The notes under the pieces were generated by a model. The model made no database searches. It worked only from the letters and a program-made list of their open reading frames with translations, and was not told where the DNA came from. A DNA stretch of 64,000 nucleotides from the NCBI GenBank assembly GCA_016186915.1, contig JACPKU010000006.1, forward strand, positions 12,488 through 76,487, read 5' to 3'. This stretch comes from Candidatus Doudnabacteria bacterium (lineage in GTDB: Bacteria > Patescibacteriota > Doudnabacteria > UBA920 > O2-02-FULL-48-8). Positions 33,902 to 44,200 of this stretch are shown here, in pieces. Position 1 is the first letter of the stretch. The number at the start of each line of letters is the position of its first letter. The translations under genes were made by a program, and so were the position numbers.

Positions 33902-34909
33902 ATGAAATATCTCATCACCGGCGGAGCGGGATTTATTGGTTCGAATTTCATTCATTATCTTTTTAAAAAATATCCAGATTGCGAAGTGGTAAATTTGGAT
34001 TTGCTTACTTATGCGGGGAATCTGGACAATTTAAAAGACATAGAAAATAATCCCAACTATAGATTTGTAAAAGGTGATATTGGAGATTTGGATTTGGTTT
34101 CTAAACTTGTGCAAGGGATAGATATGATCGTAAATTTTGCCGCAGAATCGCATAATGATCGTGCAATCATGGACCCTGGTATATTTGTAAAAACAAACGT
34201 GCTTGGAACCCAAATCCTTTTAGAGGCTGCCAAAAGAGCAGGGAACAAAAGATTCCATCATATCTCGACTTGTGAAGTCTTTGGAGATTTAGAATTGAAT
34301 GAAGATAGGAAATTTTTGGAAACAGACAAATTTCAGCCAAAAACTCCTTATAATGCCTCAAAAGCTGCAGCAAACCATGAGGTCATGGCCTATTTTCATA
34401 CTTATAAATTACCAGTGACAATCAGCCACTGTTCGAATAATTACGGCCCGTACCAATTTCCAGAGAAATTGATTCCATTGTTTGTTACCAATGCTCTGGA
34501 AGATAAACCTCTGCCACTTTTCAAAAATAGCCATTATAAGAGGGAATGGATACACGTTGATGATCATTCATCAGCAGTTGATTTAATACTACAAAAAGGA
34601 AAAATTGGGCAGAGCTATAATATCGGCACTGGCGTTGAAAAATCGGTTGAAGAAATCACTGATTTACTTTTAAAAATCCTTAATAAACCCGTGAGTCTTA
34701 AAACTTATGTTTCTGATAGATTGCAACATGACAAAAGGTATGTTTTGGATAATACAAAGATAAAAGAAGAATTGGGGTGGGGTCCGCAAATCGATTTTCA
34801 GAAAGGAATGGAAGAAACTATACAATGGTATCAGGAAAATAAAGATTGGTGGCAACGATGTAAAAGTGGCTCTTATCAAGACTATTACAACAGTTATTAC
34901 AAAAAATAA
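33902..34909 (+). CDS. rfbB: dTDP-glucose 4,6-dehydratase
   Basis: MKYLITGGAGFIGSNF Rossmann motif, YNASKAAAN (YxxxK), RmlB-typical C-terminus. Confidence 0.9.
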   Translation: MKYLITGGAGFIGSNFIHYLFKKYPDCEVVNLDLLTYAGNLDNLKDIENNPNYRFVKGDIGDLDLVSKLVQGIDMIVNFAAESHNDRAIMDPGIFVKTNVLGTQILLEAAKRAGNKRFHHISTCEVFGDLELNEDRKFLETDKFQPKTPYNASKAAANHEVMAYFHTYKLPVTISHCSNNYGPYQFPEKLIPLFVTNALEDKPLPLFKNSHYKREWIHVDDHSSAVDLILQKGKIGQSYNIGTGVEKSVEEITDLLLKILNKPVSLKTYVSDRLQHDKRYVLDNTKIKEELGWGPQIDFQKGMEETIQWYQENKDWWQRCKSGSYQDYYNSYYKK

Positions 34910-34932
34910 TTTAACAAACAATAAATAATAAC

Positions 34933-34956
34933 TTATAATACTTTAACGTATTATAA
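34933..34956. promoter_or_regulatory. Perfect palindrome TTATAATAC-TTTAAC-GTATTATAA (copy 1) upstream of the yerC-like gene
   Basis: Read directly; the conserved core AATACTTTAACGTATTATAA is also at 35357-35380 and 59294-59317. Confidence 0.7.
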
Positions 34957-34957
34957 C

Positions 34958-35353
34958 TTGAACGATATGACAAAAATATCGAGGAAAAAACTTTCTGAAG
35001 ACAAAATGGGCTTGTTGATTGATCAACTTTGGCGTGGATTTGCCTCCCTCAAAGACAAAGACGAGGTTCATGAATTTTTACATGATTTATTATCTCGAAC
35101 TGAAATCCAGATGCTGGCTAAACGTTTAGAAGTAGTTCGACTGCTTAATGAAGGTTGGAAATACGAGGAAATTAAAAACCGGTTAAATATCAGTGAAGCG
35201 ACCATCTCGAAGATAAATAATTGGAAAGAGGCGTTTGGCCAAGGTTATCAGAAGGTTATAGAAAGACTTAAGCGAGAAAGTGAGAAGAGAAAAAGAAAAT
35301 TACCGGGATTTGTAAAGAGCAGTCGATCGGCTGCAGCAAGTATTTGGAGTTAA
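34958..35353 (+). CDS. TrpR-related YerC/YecD-family HTH regulator
   Basis: LSRTEIQMLAKRLEVVRLLNEGWKYEEIKNRLNISEATISKIN matches the YerC/YecD (TrpR-like) family pattern. Confidence 0.75.
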   Translation: MNDMTKISRKKLSEDKMGLLIDQLWRGFASLKDKDEVHEFLHDLLSRTEIQMLAKRLEVVRLLNEGWKYEEIKNRLNISEATISKINNWKEAFGQGYQKVIERLKRESEKRKRKLPGFVKSSRSAAASIWS

Positions 35354-35356
35354 AAC

Positions 35357-35380
35357 TTAAAATACTTTAACGTATTATAA
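35357..35380. promoter_or_regulatory. Palindrome copy 2 (TTAAAATAC-TTTAAC-GTATTATAA) downstream of yerC-like, upstream of rmlC-like
   Basis: One mismatch in the left arm relative to copy 1. Confidence 0.7.
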
Positions 35381-35400
35381 GTTAAAGTTTAATCAAATAT

Positions 35401-35853
35401 ATGGACCAGGCGCACAACAAGGTGTATAAAGAATCGGCAAAAAAAGTGGAAACGAAGGATCATAATACCAATCCTAATGGTTGGCTCTTGGAATTGTTTA
35501 AAAGCCAAGACGGCAGTAAAACAGAGGTTTATCTTTCGGCAGCGTTACCTGGGGCGTTCAAAGGATACCATTTGCATAGGGTCCGCGCAGCACGATATGT
35601 CTGTCTTAAGGGTAGGATGAAAATCATTACGTATGAGCGCGAAGGCGAGCAATGGATTCGTTCAGAAAAAATTTTAGACGCATCAGTGCCGGAAAGACTA
35701 TTCATCCCCAAAGACGTTGCCACTGGACTGGAAAACATTGGCGGCGAAGAAGCTTGGCTGATCAATTATCCTGATCCGGCTTATGATCCCTCCCTCAAAG
35801 AGGAACAGGTAGAATATACGCAAAAAGAGTTAGAGTCAGGAGTGATCAAATAG
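35401..35853 (+). CDS. Cupin-fold sugar-nucleotide epimerase/isomerase (RmlC / FdtA-like)
   Basis: Small cupin with AFKGYHLHR..; located between rmlB and rmlD. Confidence 0.55.
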   Translation: MDQAHNKVYKESAKKVETKDHNTNPNGWLLELFKSQDGSKTEVYLSAALPGAFKGYHLHRVRAARYVCLKGRMKIITYEREGEQWIRSEKILDASVPERLFIPKDVATGLENIGGEEAWLINYPDPAYDPSLKEEQVEYTQKELESGVIK

Positions 35854-35909
35854 TAATTTACGCATTGTTTGACCGATCGGTCAAGAGTTGCGAAAGATTA
35901 TATAGTAAA

Positions 35910-36752
35910 ATGCCACAAAAGATTATAATTCTTGGAAGCAAAGGAAACCTGGGCGGAAAACTTATGGAGGTTTATGCTGACTTAAGGCCCGCTGGCTGGG
36001 ATCGAGAAGAGCTGGATGTGACGGATGAGGAGCAAGTAAAGCCCAAGCTCAAAGAATTTAAACCCGATTTAGTGATCAATTGCACTGCTTATAATGATGT
36101 GGATGGCGCAGAAGAGGATCGGGCAGTGGCAGAAGCGATAAACGGGTTGGCACCTGGCTATCTCGCTGCGGTGTGCGCGGAGATGGACGCTGTTTTTGTG
36201 CATTTTAGCACTGGCCAAGTTTTTGCCGGAGACAATAGTCAGGGGTATAATGAAGACGACGTCCCAAGCCCGCTAAACACCTATGGCAGGTCTAAGCTGA
36301 TGGGGGAGATGGAAGTTGAAAAAAACACTGAAAAATATTATTTGATTCGCACCGCCTGGCTTTATGGGGCTGGCCCGTCGTCGGGCAAGAAGAAGAGTTT
36401 TGTGGATATAATGCTCGATTTGGCGAAAAAGGACAGGCCGATAAAAGGCGTAGATGATGAGTTTGGCAACCCAACCTATAGCTTGGATTTGGCGCAAGCC
36501 GTGCGTGCGATGATAGAAGAGAAAAAGCCGTTTGGAGTTTATCACCTGGTAAACGAAGGCGTGGCTTCGCGTTTGGATTGGATGAAAGAAATATTCATAA
36601 TCAAAGAAATGGAAGTGGGGATTGTGCCAGTAAGTCGTGAGGAGTTTGCAGGCAAACGGAAAGCCAAGCGCCCGCAATACGAAGTTTTGAACAACACGAA
36701 ATTTATCAAGCTTCGGCCGTGGACCGAGGCACTGAAGGAATATTTGAAATGA
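35910..36752 (+). CDS. rfbD: dTDP-4-dehydrorhamnose reductase
   Basis: KIIILGSKGNLG, YGRSKLMGE, RmlD-typical length and order; start set at MPQKIII. Confidence 0.85.
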   Translation: MPQKIIILGSKGNLGGKLMEVYADLRPAGWDREELDVTDEEQVKPKLKEFKPDLVINCTAYNDVDGAEEDRAVAEAINGLAPGYLAAVCAEMDAVFVHFSTGQVFAGDNSQGYNEDDVPSPLNTYGRSKLMGEMEVEKNTEKYYLIRTAWLYGAGPSSGKKKSFVDIMLDLAKKDRPIKGVDDEFGNPTYSLDLAQAVRAMIEEKKPFGVYHLVNEGVASRLDWMKEIFIIKEMEVGIVPVSREEFAGKRKAKRPQYEVLNNTKFIKLRPWTEALKEYLK

Positions 36753-37483
36753 AAGGTGTGATTCTCGCAGGTGGGAAGGCTACAAGATTAAGACCCTTAA
36801 CTTTCGTTACGAACAAACACTTGTTGCCAGTCTATAACAAACCGATGATCTTTTATCCGCTTGAAGCCATGGCTAAAGCTGGGATTAAAGATGTGTTAAT
36901 GATCACAGGTCCTGATCATGCCGGGCATTTTTTAAATTTGCTTCGATCCGGAGGTGAATTTGGACTGAATCTAACATATGAGATTCAAGATGAAGCAGGG
37001 GGACTGTCTCATGCAGTAAGACTTGCAGAATCGTTTGCAGATAACCAAAAACTTCTTGTGATTTTAGGGGATAATATATTTGAGCATGATTTATCCGATG
37101 CTGTAAAAGATTTTGAAAGCCAAGACAGAGGAGCAAGAATTTTTGCTAAAGAGATGGATGAAGCAGGGCAGTATGGTGTAGTTGAGATAGACAGTGAAGG
37201 CACGGTTTTATCAATTGAAGAAAAGCCAAAAAAGCCAAAAAGTAAATTGGCCCAGACAGGAATTTATATGTATGATAATCAAGTGTTTGATTTGATAAAA
37301 GAACTTAAGCCTTCCACAAGAGGCGAGCTGGAAATTACTGATTTAAATAATTTATATTTGAAACAAGGAATCTTAAGTTGTGAAGTTATGAAAGGCTGGT
37401 GGGTTGACGCGGGAACTTCTTTTGATGAATTGCTGCGCGCCAGCAATCAAGTCGCAAAACTTACAAAACAAAAAGATAAATAA
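36749..37483 (+). CDS. rfbA: Glucose-1-phosphate thymidylyltransferase-like sugar nucleotidyltransferase
   Basis: MKGVILAGGKATRLRPLT..; ATGA overlap with the rmlD stop. Confidence 0.85.
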   Translation: MKGVILAGGKATRLRPLTFVTNKHLLPVYNKPMIFYPLEAMAKAGIKDVLMITGPDHAGHFLNLLRSGGEFGLNLTYEIQDEAGGLSHAVRLAESFADNQKLLVILGDNIFEHDLSDAVKDFESQDRGARIFAKEMDEAGQYGVVEIDSEGTVLSIEEKPKKPKSKLAQTGIYMYDNQVFDLIKELKPSTRGELEITDLNNLYLKQGILSCEVMKGWWVDAGTSFDELLRASNQVAKLTKQKDK

Positions 37484-38385
37484 TGACTGAGCTTCAACAC
37501 AAAACTTTATCAACATTTATAGTAACTGCCATTTCGTTTTTGGGCTTTCAAGCCCTGGTTTTTATTGTTTCAATTTATCAACTAGGGCAATACTTTCGTG
37601 CCGCGTTTTGGATTTACGCCTTTCTGGTTTTCTGGCTGCTTTTCATTTTTGACCTGCATTTGAGAAATCGCGGTGTGTTTGCGCTGTTGAAACTCAAACA
37701 CAACGGCGTAAGGTTAGTCTGGGAAGCCTTGAAAAAGCGCGTGGAGCATGTTTTTAATTGGCATTATTTCAGCCACTTGCTAGCTTTTCTGGTTTTACCA
37801 AGCATTATTTTTTGGAGTACCGTAGCCTTAATTGCTCTCAATCCGTTTGCTGAGCAAATCAAACAAATCATTGTGGTTATGACTGTGATTAATCTTGCCG
37901 TGGCTTATTGGTATTTCACGGAGCGGTTTAGCAAAAAATTAGAAGCCCACGAACTGGGCTTGAAAGTTTTGAACCTGGTTAAGCTTTTTGCTGCGTATTT
38001 AGCGGCAGCTTCTATCTTGGGGCTCACTTGGTATTTCGGTTTTGGAGAAGGCTTTTTGCTTGCCGGCATTTTTACTTTGACTTTCTTGGTTATGTATCAA
38101 GCTTTGTTTCAGCACAAACTCCTCAAGCTTAGCTCTGAATTTTACGCTTTAGGAGTTGCTGGCGCTTGCTCTTTGGCCGGACTTTGGCTTTATAGTAATT
38201 GGGATCTGCAATACTTCAGCGGGGGAATCGTGGTGTTGGCAACCTATAATGCATTATGGGGAATATTGCACCACCACCTGGACCAGAGCTTAAACAAAAA
38301 GCTGGTGGGTGAATATTTGCTGATGTTGTTAGTGGTTTTTTCTATTCTTTTCGCCACTCATAACTTTGCCGGCAGAGTATTGTAG
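37483..38385 (+). CDS. Polytopic membrane protein, hypothetical
   Basis: 8 or more hydrophobic helices; start overlaps the rmlA stop. Confidence 0.45.
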   Translation: MTELQHKTLSTFIVTAISFLGFQALVFIVSIYQLGQYFRAAFWIYAFLVFWLLFIFDLHLRNRGVFALLKLKHNGVRLVWEALKKRVEHVFNWHYFSHLLAFLVLPSIIFWSTVALIALNPFAEQIKQIIVVMTVINLAVAYWYFTERFSKKLEAHELGLKVLNLVKLFAAYLAAASILGLTWYFGFGEGFLLAGIFTLTFLVMYQALFQHKLLKLSSEFYALGVAGACSLAGLWLYSNWDLQYFSGGIVVLATYNALWGILHHHLDQSLNKKLVGEYLLMLLVVFSILFATHNFAGRVL

Positions 38386-38410
38386 TTGGCGGGAAATCTT
38401 TTGTTTCAGG

Positions 38411-38983
38411 CTATTCAACGATGATGGGGATCGTATACGACGCCGCGGTTTGACTATCCGGCCAGTAAGGAATGAAGTCAAAAGAAGCCACCGCCTGGAA
38501 GCTAACTTCTTTTGACTCACCCGAAGGTATATTACCTGTATCAACTACAGGGCTTCTGAAATCTAATCCATGATAGGCCACGTTTTTTGTATCCACTCGG
38601 AAGACGAGGGTGACCTTCGTATCTTTGGCAACGGTGATACTTTGGGGACTGGCCTGCAGGTCATTTGCCAATAGAATCACGATTACTGGGTTTGGAGTAG
38701 AGGAAGGAGCGGGTTGTTCTTCCGCAGGCTCCAATGTCGGCGGGAGCGTATCCAGTCCCGAGTCAGATTCAGCAGGCAGGAGGACGGAAGTTTCAGGTTT
38801 ATCCGCGGGGTTCGGCTCTTCTTCTTTTCCTGTTTTATCAAGAGGCGCTGCGCCTTGTTTTGTTATGCCCGCATTTTCGGAAAGCGGCTGATTGATATTT
38901 TCCGAAGAAGGGTTCTGGACAATAAAAATGACCAGCCCGATAATAGCGATTGCAACAATGATCAAAACAATAAATTTTGCCAT
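38411..38983 (-). CDS. Membrane-anchored protein with Pro/Glu-rich linker and C-terminal beta-sandwich (cupredoxin-like, no obvious Cu ligands) domain
   Basis: N-terminal TM; ITVAKDTKVTLVFRVDTKNVAYHGLDF..SFQAVASFDFIPYWP. Confidence 0.35.
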   Translation of the reverse strand: MAKFIVLIIVAIAIIGLVIFIVQNPSSENINQPLSENAGITKQGAAPLDKTGKEEEPNPADKPETSVLLPAESDSGLDTLPPTLEPAEEQPAPSSTPNPVIVILLANDLQASPQSITVAKDTKVTLVFRVDTKNVAYHGLDFRSPVVDTGNIPSGESKEVSFQAVASFDFIPYWPDSQTAASYTIPIIVE

Positions 38984-38991
38984 GTGTTTAG

Positions 38992-39906
38992 TTAGTACAA
39001 GACAAACAGGCTCGTCACCACAATCAAAAGAAAGATAACGGTGTGCGGGGATGCGTGCATATTTATTCGTTTAATCTTGGCACGATGAATGATAATAGAA
39101 TCAATAATGAGAAACATCGCGTAAATCCCAGCCAAAATAGCTACAATTATCCGGAAGAAATTTAAAAATTGAGCCTCCCTGGAAACTGGTATTTGCAAAT
39201 CAGCCGGAGTAGTTATAGATTCTGTTTCAATTTGTTCAGTGTTACTTGCTTCCGAAGGAATGATTGGCTGTTCGATCGGTTGTTTAGTGTCTTGTTGAGC
39301 AGTTGGCGGAGACGAGGTTGGTGGCGCGGTTGCTTGTGCTATTGCAGGCGTTGGATTTTGATTGAGAAGCGTCCCGAACAGGCTGGTAATCAGAATGCTG
39401 TTGTGATTTGGTTCGAATAGTCCGAAAATGGCGGCTAGACCTTGGTCCTGAAATTTTTCATTGACGATATTTTCTCGGTGAGTTGGGCTGTTCATCCAGG
39501 CACGAACAACCGCGTCACCAGAAACAAAATCCATGGCGAGATTTTCGCCGAGTGTTAGGTATGGCCTGTAGCCTTGAACCTCAATAGTTGGCCAGACGTA
39601 ACTGCCATCTGGATTGAGATGGGCAAAATAACTTCGGTCTAACATGTCGTTTGATTTAATGCCGGCCGCAGAAACCAGGCGCTGATCACTCAAAAGGGCT
39701 GGAACAAACCTTTGCGTCCTTTCACTATTGATACTTGTCATAAGATCTTGAGCATCAATACTGGACTGAGCGTAAGTCACCGCGCTAGGCCCTAAAATTC
39801 TCAATGACCAGATAATTACCATAAAAACCGCCAAAGCAATAGGCTTGGTCAGCACTGGCTGGTAGTCATTTTCTTCGCTGGCAATTAGATAGTGTTTTAG
39901 TTTCAT
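38992..39906 (-). CDS. CAP/SCP-domain protein (second paralogue) with Thr/Pro-rich linker and C-terminal TM anchors
   Basis: SINSERTQ..SYFAH..GENLA..SPTHRENI CAP motifs. Confidence 0.7.
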   Translation of the reverse strand: MKLKHYLIASEENDYQPVLTKPIALAVFMVIIWSLRILGPSAVTYAQSSIDAQDLMTSINSERTQRFVPALLSDQRLVSAAGIKSNDMLDRSYFAHLNPDGSYVWPTIEVQGYRPYLTLGENLAMDFVSGDAVVRAWMNSPTHRENIVNEKFQDQGLAAIFGLFEPNHNSILITSLFGTLLNQNPTPAIAQATAPPTSSPPTAQQDTKQPIEQPIIPSEASNTEQIETESITTPADLQIPVSREAQFLNFFRIIVAILAGIYAMFLIIDSIIIHRAKIKRINMHASPHTVIFLLIVVTSLFVLY

Positions 39907-40014
39907 TTAGCTAGGTTATATCTATATTTTAGCGGTTTTTTTAAGCCTTGACAAATAGGGCTTGATGTGCTAAGATTGCGTGTTATAATTATATATTAAA
40001 TTCATTAAATTCAA

Positions 40015-41103
40015 ATGCAGTCATATTTATCCAATCCAATAAACACGCGTTCCCCCAAGGAAATTCATAGAATTCTCAAACTTGGCGATAATGTTGTGTT
40101 GCCTCTGCAGGCGGAACCTATGCCACGAAAGCCAAGCAAATTGATTTTGGCAGGCAGTTGGCTTTGGAGAAAAATTAAGCCGCATACTCCTAAGCTTTTT
40201 TATCCTGTGGTATTTATCGTGGCTTTTGCCTTTTTTTACACGCTATTCAATTTTTCTTCCTTGGTCAGCCAGGTGGACGCGGTGTTTAACAACCAATCGC
40301 AGGATGAAGTGATTTTGGGCGAAGATATCGGCGACTACTACGAATGGATTAGCCGCTATTACTTTGCCGTGAGCGACAAGAAGTTGCTTTCAGCCACCAA
40401 TGATATTGACGAGGACGGTCTTGCTAATTATGACGAGTTTGTTTTACAGACCAATCCCACTGTTCTTGACTCTGACAACGACGGCGTAAGCGACGGACTG
40501 GAGGTTATTAACCAAACCAACCCTTGGGGCCAAGGCAGCATGACCCAAGACCAGCTCAAATCAAGCGAGCCGCTTGATTTGATTATGATTAACAACCGAA
40601 TCAGTTTCAACATCGCAAATCATCAATCAAACGCTTCAAACAATCCGAAGATCGATTATGATTTGGAAAAACACGGCACGCTTTCAATCCCCAAACTTAA
40701 TCTGCAAGTGCCAATCGTCTGGACCAAAGATCCGGCAAGTTTCAGCGAAGACCTAAAGAATGGTGTGGTGCATTATCCAGGCACCGCGTTGCCCGGGGAG
40801 CCGGGAGTGGTATATATTGCCGGCCACTCTTCTGATTATATTTGGAACAACCATCCATATACTCGCGTCTTTGCCAAGCTGAATTTTCTAGAACCAGGCG
40901 ATGACGTCTTTGTGGATGTTACTGGAGCAGACGGACAAATTCGAAACTTTCGTTATGTGGTGACTGAAGAAAATGTATACAACCCAGACGATCAAGCACA
41001 GTTTATTGACGATTCGACCGCCAAGCTCAATCTTTCCACCTGTTGGCCGATTGGAACCCAGAGAGATAGATACGTGGTTTCTGCTGTTTTGGAAGGGATA
41101 TAA
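40015..41103 (+). CDS. Sortase-family transpeptidase with N-terminal TM and thrombospondin-type-3-like Ca-binding repeats
   Basis: Catalytic His in YIAGHS and Cys in LNLSTCWP (TLxTC-type) plus conserved R in RDRYVV; DIDEDGLANYDE..DSDNDGVSDGLE acidic DxDxDG repeats; alternative start at MPRKPS (40120). Confidence 0.8.
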   Translation: MQSYLSNPINTRSPKEIHRILKLGDNVVLPLQAEPMPRKPSKLILAGSWLWRKIKPHTPKLFYPVVFIVAFAFFYTLFNFSSLVSQVDAVFNNQSQDEVILGEDIGDYYEWISRYYFAVSDKKLLSATNDIDEDGLANYDEFVLQTNPTVLDSDNDGVSDGLEVINQTNPWGQGSMTQDQLKSSEPLDLIMINNRISFNIANHQSNASNNPKIDYDLEKHGTLSIPKLNLQVPIVWTKDPASFSEDLKNGVVHYPGTALPGEPGVVYIAGHSSDYIWNNHPYTRVFAKLNFLEPGDDVFVDVTGADGQIRNFRYVVTEENVYNPDDQAQFIDDSTAKLNLSTCWPIGTQRDRYVVSAVLEGI

Positions 41104-41202
41104 CCTTGACAATGGTGTTGACAATTGGCAAGATTTTTGCTAGCATTGTCAGTTAATAACTAAGCATTAATTAACATAAGCATTAATTAACACATTCAAT
41201 AT

Positions 41203-44200
41203 ATGAATTTCATAGCTGCCAGAAAAAATAGATATTTTATTAAAAGCAAAACCGCTAAGTTTGTCGGTTTGGGCTTCGTGTTGGCTCTAACCGTTTCTTT
41301 TATTGGATTTTCACTGGCTAACCACAACAGCGGCACTGGAATCCCGGTGGACACTGGCTGGATTGACGCTTCTAGATTTGTTGGAAGCGTGGAGTTTGAT
41401 TGTGGCCAGACCGTGGGTTCAGTCTGGGGGCAAAGAGGTGACCAATTCACGATTCCAGGACATGTTTTAAATATTCCGGAAGGTTCATATACGATTGATA
41501 TCCGCGCTCATTATGGGTTTTATGAAGCAGACCCACAAGCGCCGCAAACCAATGAAACTATGAGAGTAAGCACCTCTGTTGCTTCCAGACAAATCCCTGA
41601 TTTGAATGGCCATGGCGGATCTAGACCTGACAGAGACAACTGTGATCAGATCAACGCTAATTTTAGAATTTACACCAACATTACCCGCAGTCCGATTAAC
41701 TACCAGGACGGTGGGATTAGATTTGCCGGCTTAACCTCAGATTCGCAGAGTATCAGCATTCAGGCGGTGCGGGTGCATGGCACTTCAACTCCTCCGCCCC
41801 CGCCTCCGCCGCAGCCGTGCGTGCCAGTGGGTTTGATTATGCCGCAAAGCGGGCAGGTATTTGGGGCCAATGAGACCAACCCTGCTTTCCAGTGGCAGGG
41901 GACCAACCGGACCTTCTATATCCTGGACATTACCGAGGATCCGAACTTTTCTTGGTGGTGGAATAATGGCAGTGGCGCTGGCGGCGGTATTCAAATTACT
42001 TCTGCTAATTTTTCGGACGTCACCAATACTTTCTACTCCCAAGGGCACCCCGCTCCGGGATTGGCTCAAGCCGGCAAAACTTATTACTGGCGAGTGTTTG
42101 CTTACAATACGGACGATCCGGGCGCTGGCTGTCACTCAGTCGTGAGGTCGTTCTCTTTGCAATCAACTCCGCCGCCGCCCCCGCCTCCTCCTCAAAAAGC
42201 CCAAATTACCTTAGTCAAAGAAGTGATCAACAACAACGGTGGCAACAAGCAGCCCTCAGATTTCGCCTTACATATCGCGGGGCACACGTTAACCAGTGGC
42301 CAATCTGTCGAACTTAACCCCGGCAATTATCAAGCTACGGAAACTCAGCAAGCCGGTTATGCCTTGTTAGGTTGGCGAGGCGCTTGTGATGGTAGCGGTA
42401 GCGTAACCTTGCAAGCCGGTCAGAACGTGACTTGTGTAGTAACCAATGATGACCAAGCCCAGCCTACTGTTTCGTTGTCTTTAGTGAAAAATGTGCGAAA
42501 CGTGACCCAAGGGCAAACCACATTTGTAGATTCAGTTTCCGCCCAGCCAAACGAACAGGTAGAGTTCAGAATCCAAGTGGCGGCTTCTGGCAACACCAGC
42601 GCCCAAAACGTCGTGGTGACTGATACTCTGCCAAATAACTTTAATCTTAGTTCCGGTAGTTTAACCAACAATCTAGGCAACATGTCAGCCGGCAGCACTC
42701 AAATCATAACCTTGAGCGCTACTGCTGCCTCGGCCTTTAACTTCCCAATCGGTTCGTCCACTTGGATCAATACCGCTACAGCTACCGCCTCTAACGCCAA
42801 CACGGTTTCAGACACTGCTCACGTGGTAGTTAACCGCCAAATTACCGGTACCCCCAGCCTGACCATTGACAAAACTGTCCGAAACGTCACAGCCGGCCAA
42901 GCAATATTTAGCAATTCTGTATCAGCCAACCCGCAAGATCAAGTGGAATTCAAAGTTGTTGTGAGCAACGTCGGACAGGCCACAGCCAACAATGTGGTGG
43001 TGACTGATACTCTGCCAAATAACTTTAATCTTAGTTCTGGCAGTTTAACCAACAATCTAGGCAACATGTCAGCCGGCAGCACTCAAATCATAACCTTGAG
43101 CGCCACTGCTGCCTCTGCCTCTAACTTCCCCATCGGTTCGTCCACTTGGACCAATACTGCTACGGCTACCGCTTCTAATACCAATACGGTTTCTGATACC
43201 GCCAATGTGATTGTAGAAAGAGACGGACCACCTGGCGATGCTCAACTAAGTATCACCAAAGAAGTCAGAAACGTTACTCAAGGAGTAGCTTTCTTTTCTA
43301 AATCCGCATCAGCTCAGCCAAACGAACAAGTCGAGTTTAGAATCCGCGTTCGATCAACTGGTCAAACTACAGCCAACAATGTGAACCTGACTGATATTTT
43401 GCCAAATAACTTTGTATTGAACTTTGCCCAGACGGGCGCAGGAGTCAGCGGCTCCAACACCCAGTTTAGTTTGGGCAATATGCCGACGAACACTGAAAGA
43501 ACTCTGTCCTTGTTTGTGACTGCGGCTTCAGCCGCCAATTTCCCAATCGGCACCAGCACTCACACCAACACAGCCACTGCCACAGCCTCTAACGCCAATT
43601 CCGTCTCTGACAATGCTTCAGTCGTGATTAACCGGGACGGCGGAGGCAATGGCAACCCATTCTTAGCAATCACGAAAGAAGTAAGAAATCTCACTGACAA
43701 CACGGGCTATTCTCATTCAGTAACCGCGGATGACAGCGATCGCGTAGAGTTTAGAATTGTTGTGCGAAACACCGGCAGCTCAAACTCTACTGCTACCAAC
43801 GTTCGCGTGACGGATTTCTTGCCGGCCAACCTGGAATTTGTTGCCAGTACGTTAAGGATTGACAGCAACACGCAGTTTAGCAATAACCTGCTTGGCAATA
43901 TTTTCTTAGGCAATCTGTCTGCGAATCAGAGCAAAACTATTACCTTTGAAGCAAGGGTAAATGCCAACTTCAACAATACGCTGATAAACACTGCCACTGC
44001 TTTCTCGGACAACACCTCGCCAGTCAATGACAGCGCCAGCGTGTTCGTCTCGCGCGTGGTTGGCGGAAATATTGATCTGGTCTTGAGCAAGTCCGCGTAT
44101 AACTTAACTCAAGGACGGGACGCTACCGCGGTAACCGCGCGTGCAGGCGATCAGATTGAATACATTTTGCGCGTAGAAAATCGCGGCAACGCCACTGCCA

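Noticed and set aside
42607-43215. ~200-bp near-identical DNA repeat as an insertion sequence or MITE
   Set aside because: Both copies are in frame within the DUF11 gene and correspond to a duplicated protein repeat unit; this is an intragenic domain duplication.
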